39,453 nt of DNA from Candidatus Saccharimonadales bacterium (GTDB lineage: Bacteria > Chloroflexota > Limnocylindria > Limnocylindrales > CSP1-4). Location of the stretch: NCBI GenBank assembly GCA_035629655.1, contig DASPHN010000010.1:1-39453 (forward strand), read 5' to 3'. Shown piece after piece: positions 32,636 through 39,453 of the stretch. A model generated the notes under the pieces. That model saw only the letters and a program-made list of their open reading frames with translations, had not been told where the DNA came from and did not search any database. Both the position numbers and the translations under genes were made by a program. Every line of letters begins with the position of its first letter. The stretch's first letter is position 1.

Positions 32636-33450
32636 ATGCCCCTCTTCCTCGACCGCCACGATCTCACGGGCGCCAGCGCCCAGGATCTGGCGGCTGCCCA
32701 CGTCGAGGACATCTCGATCCAGGACGAGTACGGCGTCCGCTATCTGACCTACTGGTTCGACTACGACCGCCAGCGAGCGTTCTGCCTCGCGAACGCTCCC
32801 GATGCGGACGCAGTGATCGCCGTGCATCGAGCGGGACATGGCGGGATCCCAAGCGACGTGATCGCCGTCGATGGCCAAGAGGTCGAACGTTTCCTCGGCC
32901 CGCTCCGCGAGCGGCCTCCGGGGGAGGCATACGTCGAGACCGCGTTCCGGACGATCCTCTTCACCGACATGGTCGGCTCGACCCGGCTCACGCAGGACCT
33001 GGGCGACAGTGCCGCCATGGCCATCCTGCGCGACCACGACCGGGTCGTCCGGCGCGTCGTGGACGATCGTGGCGGGACGGTGGTCAAGCACACCGGCGAC
33101 GGCCTGATGGTGTCGTTCGCCTCGGTGACCGCCGCGCTCGAGGCGGCCATCGCCATCCAGCGTGATCTGGCGGACCGGAACCGTGACGCCGAGCACCGTT
33201 GGCCGTGCGCATCGGCCTCGCCGCCGGTGAGCCGGTCATGGAGGGCGGTGACCTGTTCGGGGCGGCAGTCCAGCTCGCCGCCCGCCTGTGCGACCGGGCC
33301 GGCTCGGGCGCCATCCTCGTCTCCAGCACCGTTCGAGATCTCGCCGTGGGCAAGCGATTCGCGTTCGAACGTCGTGGCCGAGCGACACTCAAGGGCTTCG
33401 ACGAGCCAGTCACGCTGTTCGAGCTCGGGTGGCGACCGCCGGCCGACTGA
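32636..33450 (+). pseudogene. DUF4242 (SCO4226-like) - class III adenylate/guanylate cyclase fusion, interrupted by a 1-nt frame change near 33197-33201
   Basis: The N-terminal MPLFLDRHDLTGASAQDLAAAHVEDISIQDEYGVRYLTYWFDYDRQRAFCLANAPD is DUF4242-like. The cyclase domain RTILFTDMVGSTRLTQDLGD...VVKHTGDGLMVSFAS...AIAIQRDL runs in the frame of 32636 up to ...DAEHR. The expected continuation LAVRIGLAAGEPVMEGGDLFGAAVQLAARLCD...LKGFDEPVTLFEL is in the -1 frame (33199-33450). Confidence 0.75.
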
Positions 33451-33587
33451 TCGCCCTCATCCATCAGCCCGACTTGACCGTCGTGCGACCCTGTTCAGGC
33501 AATCGCACGTCACGCGAGAAGGGAGCGAGATGGGAACACCCATGTCCAGCCAGAAGGTCCATACCTCCTTGCCCGACATGAGGTCCC

Positions 33588-35600
33588 ATGCGCACGCTCA
33601 ACCTCGGCATCCTCGCTCACGTCGACGCCGGTAAGACCACCCTCACCGAACGCCTCCTCTACACCGCCGGCGCGATCGACCACGTCGGCAGCGTCGACGC
33701 CGGCACCACCCAGACCGACTCACTCGACCTCGAGCGCGAACGCGGCATCACCATCCGATCCGCGGTCGCCTCGTTCCTCCTGGGCGACCTGGCGGTCAAT
33801 CTCGTCGACACGCCCGGCCACCCCGATTTCATCGCCGAGGTCGAGCGCGTCCTCGGCGTCCTCGATGGCGCGGTCCTCGTCGTCTCCGCGGTCGAAGGCG
33901 TCCAGCCCCAGACCCCGTTGCTCTTCCGGGCGCTGCAACGCCTGCACGTCCCGACCTTGATCTTCGTCAACAAGCTCGACCGGTCCGGCGCGGACCCGGA
34001 CGGGGTCGTCGCAGCGATGCGTCGACGCCTGGCTCCCGGCGTCCTGCCGATGGGCCGGGCCATCGACCCCGGTCGACGTGAGACCACGGTCGTGCCGTTC
34101 ACCCCGGCCGACGACATCCACCGGCAGCGCCTGATCGAGGCCCTCGCCGAGCACGACAGCTCCATCCTCGATGCCTACGTCACGGACCCGGGGGCGCTCA
34201 CCGCGGACCGCCTACGCGAGCAGTCGGGCGTCCAGACCCGCGCGGGCGTCCTCCACCCGGTCTTCTTCGGGTCGGCGGCCCGTGGCATCGGCATCACCAG
34301 CCTCCTCGCGGGCGTCGACGAACTCTTCGGCGGCGCCCTGGGCGATCCCGACGCCGACGTCTCCGGCCGCGTCTTCAAGATCGAGCGGACCACGTCCGGC
34401 GAGCGCGTCGCGTACGTGCGGCTGTTCGCAGGGACGCTTCGGCCGCGGCAGCGCGTGCGAGTCGGCGGACGGGACGAGACCAAGCCGACGTCGATCCGGG
34501 TCTTCGCGCCGACCGGCGCGCCTCGTCGCGACCACGCGGTCGCCGGAGAGATGGCGACCGTCCGCGGTCTGGGCGCGGTCCGGGTGGGTGACGCCATCGG
34601 CGACCCGGCGCCGGGCCACGACATCACGGCGCGCTTTCCGCGCCCGACCCTCGAGGCCGTCGTCTTCGCGGTGGACACGAACGAGCAGGGCTCGCTGCGC
34701 GCCGCCCTCAACCAACTCGCGGAGCAAGATCCGCTCATCGACGTTCGCCAGGACGACCTGCGTCACGAGATCTCCGTCTCGCTGTACGGCGAGGTCCAGA
34801 AGGAGGTCATCCAGGCGACCCTCGAGCGCGACTACGGGATCGCCGCCGACTTCCACGAGACGACGACGGTGTGCATCGAGCGGCCCGCACGAGCCGGCCA
34901 GGCCGAGGAGGTCATCCGGGCCAAGACGAAGACCAACATCACCGGCCGGAGCTCACCGGACAGCACGAATCCGTTCATGGCCACGTTGGGATTGCGGATC
35001 GAGCCGGCGGCGTTCGGATCGGGCGTGGAGGTCCGTGTCGACATCGAGCCACGGCTCGTACCCCTTTACCTGTTCAAGACGCCTGAGGTCTTCACGACGC
35101 AGCTGACCGCGTACATCCAGGAGGCGCTCAGCGAGGGGCTCGCCGGTTGGCAGGTGACCGACTGCCGGGTGATCGTGGTCGACTGCGGCTACGCGTCCCC
35201 CGTCACGTCAGCGGCGGACTACCGTCGGCTGACCGAGCTCGTCCTGGCCACGGCACTCCGTCGCGCAGGGACCTGGGTCTGCGAGCCGCTCGCCGAGCTC
35301 TCGCTCGAGACCCCGACGGCCACGGCGTCGGGCGTTCTGGCCGCGGTCGGACGACTGAACGGGCGCGTGACCGGGCAATACTCGGCGAACGGGCTGACGC
35401 ATGCGTCGGCGGTGCTTCCGGTCGCGCGCGTTCGCTCGCTCCAGCATCAGCTGCCGGGGCTGTCGATGGGCGAGGGCATCCTCGAGACGCGCTTCGGTGG
35501 TTACCAGCCCATCGGTGAGGACCCGCCGACCAAGCCGCGCTCGCGCCCCAGCGCTCTCGATCGCGAGGCCTGGCTCGCGTCGCTGGCCAAGCGCGGCTGA
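33588..35600 (+). CDS. ribosomal protection-type translational GTPase, Tet(M)/Tet(O)/OtrA family (EF-G-like)
   Basis: MRTLNLGILAHVDAGKTTLTERLLYTAGAIDHVGSVDAGTTQTDSLDLERERGITIRSAV...NLVDTPGHPDFIAEVERVLGVLDGAVLVVSAVEGVQPQT...LIFVNKLDR aligns by eye almost position for position with the Tet(M) N-terminus. The protein is 670 aa, and GAGG lies 4 nt upstream of the ATG. Confidence 0.85.
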   Translation: MRTLNLGILAHVDAGKTTLTERLLYTAGAIDHVGSVDAGTTQTDSLDLERERGITIRSAVASFLLGDLAVNLVDTPGHPDFIAEVERVLGVLDGAVLVVSAVEGVQPQTPLLFRALQRLHVPTLIFVNKLDRSGADPDGVVAAMRRRLAPGVLPMGRAIDPGRRETTVVPFTPADDIHRQRLIEALAEHDSSILDAYVTDPGALTADRLREQSGVQTRAGVLHPVFFGSAARGIGITSLLAGVDELFGGALGDPDADVSGRVFKIERTTSGERVAYVRLFAGTLRPRQRVRVGGRDETKPTSIRVFAPTGAPRRDHAVAGEMATVRGLGAVRVGDAIGDPAPGHDITARFPRPTLEAVVFAVDTNEQGSLRAALNQLAEQDPLIDVRQDDLRHEISVSLYGEVQKEVIQATLERDYGIAADFHETTTVCIERPARAGQAEEVIRAKTKTNITGRSSPDSTNPFMATLGLRIEPAAFGSGVEVRVDIEPRLVPLYLFKTPEVFTTQLTAYIQEALSEGLAGWQVTDCRVIVVDCGYASPVTSAADYRRLTELVLATALRRAGTWVCEPLAELSLETPTATASGVLAAVGRLNGRVTGQYSANGLTHASAVLPVARVRSLQHQLPGLSMGEGILETRFGGYQPIGEDPPTKPRSRPSALDREAWLASLAKRG

Positions 35601-35610
35601 CCGGTCCGGG

Positions 35611-36387
35611 TCAGGGGACCAGGACGGACGACGTCAGGGACGCGCCGTTGAAGCGGTCGAGATCCACTGGGCCATCGATGCCCGGCACGGTGCCCGTGCT
35701 CGAGTACTGCCAGAACGTCCAGCCCTTCCCGCCCCAGCCGCCCGCCGGCACGTTGGGCTGGCTCGCGGTGGTCCAATGCGCGATCCACAGGACCGTGTAG
35801 CCGTTCCTGGCGAACCAGTCGGTGTTCGCCATCGAGGTCGACCAGAAGCTCGCGTTGGTGTAGATGATCGGCCGGACGCCGGTCGCGGAGGTGACCTCGG
35901 CGAGCCAGGTCTGGGCCCACGTCGTCAGGGAGCTCGGGGCAAGGCCGTTCGACACCTCGAGGTCCAGCACCGGGCGCAGGTCGCCCGAGGAGATCGCCGC
36001 GTGCTGGAGGAACCAGCGCGCTTCGTTGACCGCGTCACTCGGGGCGCTATCGGGGTTGGCGTAGTGATATGCGCCCACCGTGAGGCCCGCAGCTCGGGCA
36101 CCCGCCCGGTTCGACCCGTACGCGGTGTCGGCAGTCAGCGTGCCGGCCGTGGCCCGGATGAACGCGAAGCGCTTCCCGGCAGCTGCCACCTGCGGCCATC
36201 GGATCGTCCCCTGGTGGTAGCTGACATCGATCCCAGCGAGCAAGGTCGGCGTCGGCGTCGGTGTGGGCTTTGCGGTGGGCGTGGGACGCGGTTTCGCTCC
36301 ATCAGGCTTTGCCTCGACCGTCGCCGGCGTGACGAGGACGAACGCGGCGAGAGTGATGGCTACGAAGGCGGCGAGGACGCGATGCAT
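35611..36387 (-). CDS. secreted GH25-family lysozyme (muramidase)
   Basis: The signal peptide MHRVLAAFVAITLAAFVLVTPATVEA and a Pro/Thr linker are followed by GIDVSYHQGTIRWPQVAAAGKRFAFIRATAG, GAYHYANP and PVLDLE, which are GH25 catalytic-region motifs. Confidence 0.85.
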   Translation of the reverse strand: MHRVLAAFVAITLAAFVLVTPATVEAKPDGAKPRPTPTAKPTPTPTPTLLAGIDVSYHQGTIRWPQVAAAGKRFAFIRATAGTLTADTAYGSNRAGARAAGLTVGAYHYANPDSAPSDAVNEARWFLQHAAISSGDLRPVLDLEVSNGLAPSSLTTWAQTWLAEVTSATGVRPIIYTNASFWSTSMANTDWFARNGYTVLWIAHWTTASQPNVPAGGWGGKGWTFWQYSSTGTVPGIDGPVDLDRFNGASLTSSVLVP

Positions 36388-36447
36388 CGCGACATGCTTG
36401 CCGGGATCGCCGCTCGCGTCAACCGCGCTGTCCTGAGTCGGGGCCTC

Positions 36448-36882
36448 TCAGCCGCCTGCGTGCCGTGCGCGCTGGGCGGCGAGTCTGTCGTGCGCGCGGG
36501 CGATCAGCGAGACGACGGTCTGGCGCCAGGTCTCCCACGAGGGGTTGAGGATGGAGATCCAGTGCTGCGCCGCGTAGACGGGGTGGGGGAGGACCGTGTC
36601 GAGGGCCGTGTAGTCAGGGGAGGTCTCGGCGGCGTATCGCTGGAACGTCGCCTTGTCGACGCCGAGGTTCAGGCGGAACACGCCCGGTCGCCCGAGATCG
36701 GACGCCTGATCGTGCTCATCGTTCGTGACGATCGTCGCGTAGTTCGGCCAGTGCTTCTCGGCATCGAGTGAGAAGAACCACGCGCCGGGGATCGTCACGA
36801 CATCGGTGGCGGGATACGTCCTGGTCAGGTAGGTGATGATCGCCTCTGGATCGGGGCCGGTCGGCCGGGTTGGATCGGTCAT
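36448..36882 (-). CDS. DUF6194-like protein
   Basis: ATG 36880-36882 (MTDPTRPTGPDPEAIITYL...). FFSLDAEKHWPNYATIVTNDEHDQASDLGRPGVFRLNLGVDKATF matches my recollection of the DUF6194 pattern. The track start at 37074 is a read-in. Confidence 0.55.
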   Translation of the reverse strand: MTDPTRPTGPDPEAIITYLTRTYPATDVVTIPGAWFFSLDAEKHWPNYATIVTNDEHDQASDLGRPGVFRLNLGVDKATFQRYAAETSPDYTALDTVLPHPVYAAQHWISILNPSWETWRQTVVSLIARAHDRLAAQRARHAGG

Positions 36883-36936
36883 GCCGCAACCGTACGAGAT
36901 GGATGTCAAGCCCTGGGGAGGAGGAGACGCAACGCG

Positions 36937-37344
36937 ATGACCGAGAGCCTTGGATCGCGGATCCGTGCAGCCAATGCGACGCTCGTCGCCGATGGCCGTC
37001 TCGACGCGGTCGGCAAGTTCTTCGCCGCGGACTACGTGGCCCATCTGACCGACGTGGACATGACCGGCGGCCACGATGCGATCCGAGGGGTGCTCGGGCA
37101 GTATCGACGGGCCGTGCCGGATCTCCAGGTCAACGTCGAGATCCTGGCCGAGACGAGCGACCGGGTCGCGTGGGTGCGGACCGTCCGAGGCACCCAGACG
37201 GGCGCGTTCAAGGGCTTCCCGGCGACGGGACGGCCGATCGTGTGGCGCGATGCGGTGACGAGTCGCTTCGTCGATGGCCTGATCGCCGAGGAGTGGGTCG
37301 TCACCGACCTGGCGGAGCGACTGCTGCTGGCACGGAAGCGGTGA
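36937..37344 (+). CDS. SnoaL-like / ester cyclase (NTF2-fold) protein
   Basis: FAADYVAHL...VPDLQVNVEILAETSDRVAWVRTVRGTQTGAFKGFPATGRPIVWRDAVTSRFVDGLIAEEW is the ester-cyclase pattern. GGGGAGGAGGAG lies upstream of the ATG. Confidence 0.75.
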   Translation: MTESLGSRIRAANATLVADGRLDAVGKFFAADYVAHLTDVDMTGGHDAIRGVLGQYRRAVPDLQVNVEILAETSDRVAWVRTVRGTQTGAFKGFPATGRPIVWRDAVTSRFVDGLIAEEWVVTDLAERLLLARKR

Positions 37345-37427
37345 CGCAACGGCCCAGGGACGCGCGGACCGTAGCGTGGTCGCGACCCGGCAAGGAGTGA
37401 CGTGCCGACCGACCGCTTCGCACGCCG

Positions 37428-38375
37428 ATGCCGCCCCTGAGGCGCCGCGCCACCACGTTGGGCACGCGCCTCGGCCGTTTCGCGCTGGGCCGTCGCGCCG
37501 AGCGCTTCCTGCTCGAACGGATCTGGTCCGGTGCTCCGGCGGAGATGCTGGACACGTATTTGGTGTCCGGCTTCCAGGACCCGAGCATCAACATGCAGAG
37601 CATCCTGCTGCGCCACTTCCTCGTCCACCGCCTCGTCGGCGACCGACTCGATCCGTTGATGCGCGAGGAGATCGCGTTCGCGATCGGGCTCAACGAGGAG
37701 CTGCGAACCACCGCGGCGGCACTGGGCGTGACGATGCGCACGTACCTCGATCCCGCCAAGGCGGCCGACGTTCGTCGCGTCGACGCGGCCATCACCGATC
37801 GACGCGACGTGTTCCAGCGGCGCTGGACCGAGGCTCTCCGCGACGAGGACCTGACGCACATCTCGGTGATCGAGCTGGCGTGCGGATCGGCCAACGACTA
37901 CCGCGCCTTCGCCGACTACGGCATCGCACCGTACCTCGACTACCTCGGGATCGACCTCACGCCGAAGAACATCGAGAACGCACGGCGCAGGTTCCCGGAG
38001 GTGTCATTCGCGGTCGGTGACATCACGGCTGTCGCCCAAGCCGACCGTGCCGCCGACTACGTGATCGCGTCCGACATCTACGAACATCTGTCGTTGGACG
38101 CGATGGAGCGGGCGCTGGACGAGACGCTTCGGCTGGCCCGACAGGGTGTCGCGCTCACCTTCTTCAACATGCGAGACGTCCCCGAGCACGACAGCCGACC
38201 GCGAGGCCTGTATTTCTGGAACCTGCTCAGCTCCAGGCGCATCCGATCACGGCTCGAACGCGAGTTCCGCGATGTCCAGGTCGTCCCGGTGGCGGCGTGG
38301 CTTGCGGCCGAGCATGACTGCACGCAGACCTACAACCCCAACGCCGTCTCGATGTTCGCCGTCGGGAGAGGCTAG
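37428..38375 (+). CDS. class I SAM-dependent methyltransferase with a roughly 140-aa N-terminal extension
   Basis: Motif I VIELACGSANDY, then LGIDLTPKNIENARRRFPEVSFAVGDI and VIASDIYEHLS. The start is uncertain because no SD precedes ATG 37428. Confidence 0.7.
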   Translation: MPPLRRRATTLGTRLGRFALGRRAERFLLERIWSGAPAEMLDTYLVSGFQDPSINMQSILLRHFLVHRLVGDRLDPLMREEIAFAIGLNEELRTTAAALGVTMRTYLDPAKAADVRRVDAAITDRRDVFQRRWTEALRDEDLTHISVIELACGSANDYRAFADYGIAPYLDYLGIDLTPKNIENARRRFPEVSFAVGDITAVAQADRAADYVIASDIYEHLSLDAMERALDETLRLARQGVALTFFNMRDVPEHDSRPRGLYFWNLLSSRRIRSRLEREFRDVQVVPVAAWLAAEHDCTQTYNPNAVSMFAVGRG

Positions 38376-39004
38376 GAGCGGCGGGGGAGCAGGTCCTCGA
38401 ATGGCACCGGGTCGGCGAACTCGTCTCGTGGAACGCCCTTGGGCCGGGCGGCCATCGCCCTCGCGAGCTGTGCCGCCGCCCGATCGATCCGGCCGACCAG
38501 ACCTCCCTCCATCGCCACCGTGCCGGTCGCCCAGTCCTCGGTCGCGGCGTAGACACCGGTCGGCATCGAATCGGCCTTGAGGTACGCGAACAGCGGTCGC
38601 ATCGCGTGCTCGATGGCGAGCGAGTGCCGTGCCGTCCCCCCGGTCGCGGCCAGGAGGACGGGCTTGCCCTCGAACGCGTCCCGATCGACCAGATCGAAGA
38701 ACAGCTTGAACAGTCCGCTGTACGAGGCGCTGAAGATCGGCGTGACCGCGACGACACCATCCGCTGCCAGCACGGTGTCGAGCGCCGTCTGCAGGGCCGG
38801 CGGCGCGAAGCCGGCCAGGACGTGACTCGCGAGGTCCTGGGCGAGTGGCCGGATCTCGATCGTCTCGATGCGCGACTCCTGACCTGCGTCGCGCAGGTGG
38901 CGGTCCACCGAGACCGCGATCCGGTCCGCGAGCAGCCGGGTCGACGATGGTTCGCTGACCCCCGCTGAGACCACGACGAGCGTGCGTGTCTCGACGGCGA
39001 TCAC
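38372..39004 (-). CDS. NADPH-dependent FMN reductase (CE1759-type, partner of an LLM monooxygenase)
   Basis: LVVVSAGVSEPSSTRLLADRI, VVAVTPIFSASYSGLFKLFFD and PVLLAATGGTARHSLAIEHAMRPLFAYL. The start overlaps the upstream LLM stop by 4 nt (39001-39004). Confidence 0.8.
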   Translation of the reverse strand: MIAVETRTLVVVSAGVSEPSSTRLLADRIAVSVDRHLRDAGQESRIETIEIRPLAQDLASHVLAGFAPPALQTALDTVLAADGVVAVTPIFSASYSGLFKLFFDLVDRDAFEGKPVLLAATGGTARHSLAIEHAMRPLFAYLKADSMPTGVYAATEDWATGTVAMEGGLVGRIDRAAAQLARAMAARPKGVPRDEFADPVPFEDLLPRRS

Positions 39005-39453
39005 GGGCGCGCGCCCTCGGGCTCCGGTCGGGATCCGGACGCGAGGGTCGCGGCGCCCGGGGCAGCCTCCTCGCGTGCCGCGAGGACCCGCGGGTGCAGC
39101 GGCGGATCGGACGGCACGCCCGCCGCCCGCCGGGCCTCGAACTCGCGACGCAGGACCGGCAGGACCTCCGAGGCGAGGATCTCCATCTGCTCGAGCACGA
39201 TCGGCAGTGGGAGGCCGCCATGGTCGGCGATGAAGAGCTGTCGCTGGTAGTCGCCGACGAACTCGCGGAAGCCGAGCGTGCGATCGATGACCTGCTGCGG
39301 GCTGCCGATCGTCATCGGCGTCATCTCCATGTAGGCCTCGAGTGACATCGACCCCCCGTAGACCGGCGCGTGGTCGAAGTACGGTCGGAATTCGCGGATG
39401 GCGTCCTGGCTGTTCTTCCGCATGAAGACGTGCCCGCCGAGCCCGACGATCGC
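39001..39453 (-). CDS. LLM-class flavin-dependent (luciferase-like) monooxygenase, C-terminal part; 5' end outside the window
   Basis: The frame is open to the window edge (...AIVGLGGHVFMRKNSQDAIREFRPYFDHAPVYGG...MTIGSPQQVIDRTLGFREFVGDYQRQLF). This is the typical C-terminal region of LLM oxidoreductases that precede an FMN reductase. Confidence 0.75.
   Translation of the reverse strand, partial: AIVGLGGHVFMRKNSQDAIREFRPYFDHAPVYGGSMSLEAYMEMTPMTIGSPQQVIDRTLGFREFVGDYQRQLFIADHGGLPLPIVLEQMEILASEVLPVLRREFEARRAAGVPSDPPLHPRVLAAREEAAPGAATLASGSRPEPEGARP

Noticed and set aside
32372-33634. 420-aa + strand ORF treated as one CDS
   Set aside because: It is a composite. Its first 88 codons are read-in across the arsR operator. 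The middle is the genuine DUF4242-cyclase up to the frameshift. After about 33200 the translation becomes Ser/Pro/Arg junk while the real cyclase continuation sits in another frame.
36243-36309. Short tandem-looking ggcgtcggcgtcggtgtgggc repeats
   Set aside because: They encode the Pro/Thr-rich linker (KPRPTPTAKPTPTPTPT) between the signal peptide and the GH25 domain. They are not a CRISPR or VNTR-type element.
5004-37074. N-terminal extensions in the ORF track (starts at 5004, 6311, 11123, 25284, 26180, 28655, 31574, 32100 and 37074)
   Set aside because: Each extension is Arg/Pro-rich and overlaps a neighbouring gene or promoter region. Each precedes an internal start with an SD, a stop-start overlap or a family-typical N-terminus. 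The shorter coordinates were therefore used.
1-39453. Search for tRNA/rRNA genes, CRISPR repeats, IS inverted repeats, integrase/transposase ORFs and prophage modules
   Set aside because: I saw no T-loop/anticodon-arm candidates, regularly spaced direct repeats, DDE/tyrosine-recombinase motifs or phage structural genes. Visual scanning cannot exclude small ncRNAs.

Overview
This is a very GC-rich, densely coding chromosomal segment that looks actinobacterial: third codon positions are almost always G/C, and long Arg/Pro/Gly-rich shadow ORFs occur on the opposite strands. I can support about 47 protein-coding genes, one frameshifted gene, three hairpin terminators, one operator-like palindrome and one ECF-type promoter. 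I recognised no rRNA, tRNA, CRISPR array, transposase, integrase or prophage block.

Gene content, left to right:
- PhnB-like VOC fragment, two SAM methyltransferases and trmO.
- A molybdate operon: MerR-HTH/TOBE regulator, modA, modB, with no modC.
- VOC protein, a DUF695-like protein, a stand-alone LigD-type ATP ligase, an SRPBCC protein and a quinone oxidoreductase.
- A translationally coupled pair of dynamin-like GTPases.
- A cluster of small membrane proteins with an ECF sigma and a membrane partner.
- EamA transporter and a lipoprotein.
- A dinB / LAL-type (AAA + LuxR) regulator / miniprotein operon, divergent from an orphan CpaF-type ATPase fused in frame to a RidA/YjgF domain.
- A glycolipid-binding-domain protein and a PD40/TolB-like lipoprotein.
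- An ANT(3'')-like nucleotidyltransferase and a PAP2/vanadium-haloperoxidase-like secreted protein.
- A second ECF sigma with a PD40-propeller membrane partner.
- An alpha/beta hydrolase and an ArsR-AHSA1 pair.
- A frameshifted DUF4242-adenylate cyclase and a Tet(M)/OtrA-type ribosomal protection GTPase.
- GH25 lysozyme, DUF6194, a SnoaL-like protein, a methyltransferase and an FMN reductase + LLM monooxygenase pair.

The most unusual items are:
- the CpaF-RidA fusion, which has no other tad genes nearby and faces the dinB-LAL operon;
- a methyltransferase whose conserved N-terminus can only be reached from an ATC codon behind a perfect Shine-Dalgarno;
- tandem paralogous two-TM minigenes (one absent from the ORF track) upstream of an ECF sigma that carries a GGAAC-N17-CGTC motif inside its nominal ORF;
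- a leader ORF overlapping the start of the ribosomal-protection gene.

All family assignments are by-eye motif recognition. No database search was possible.
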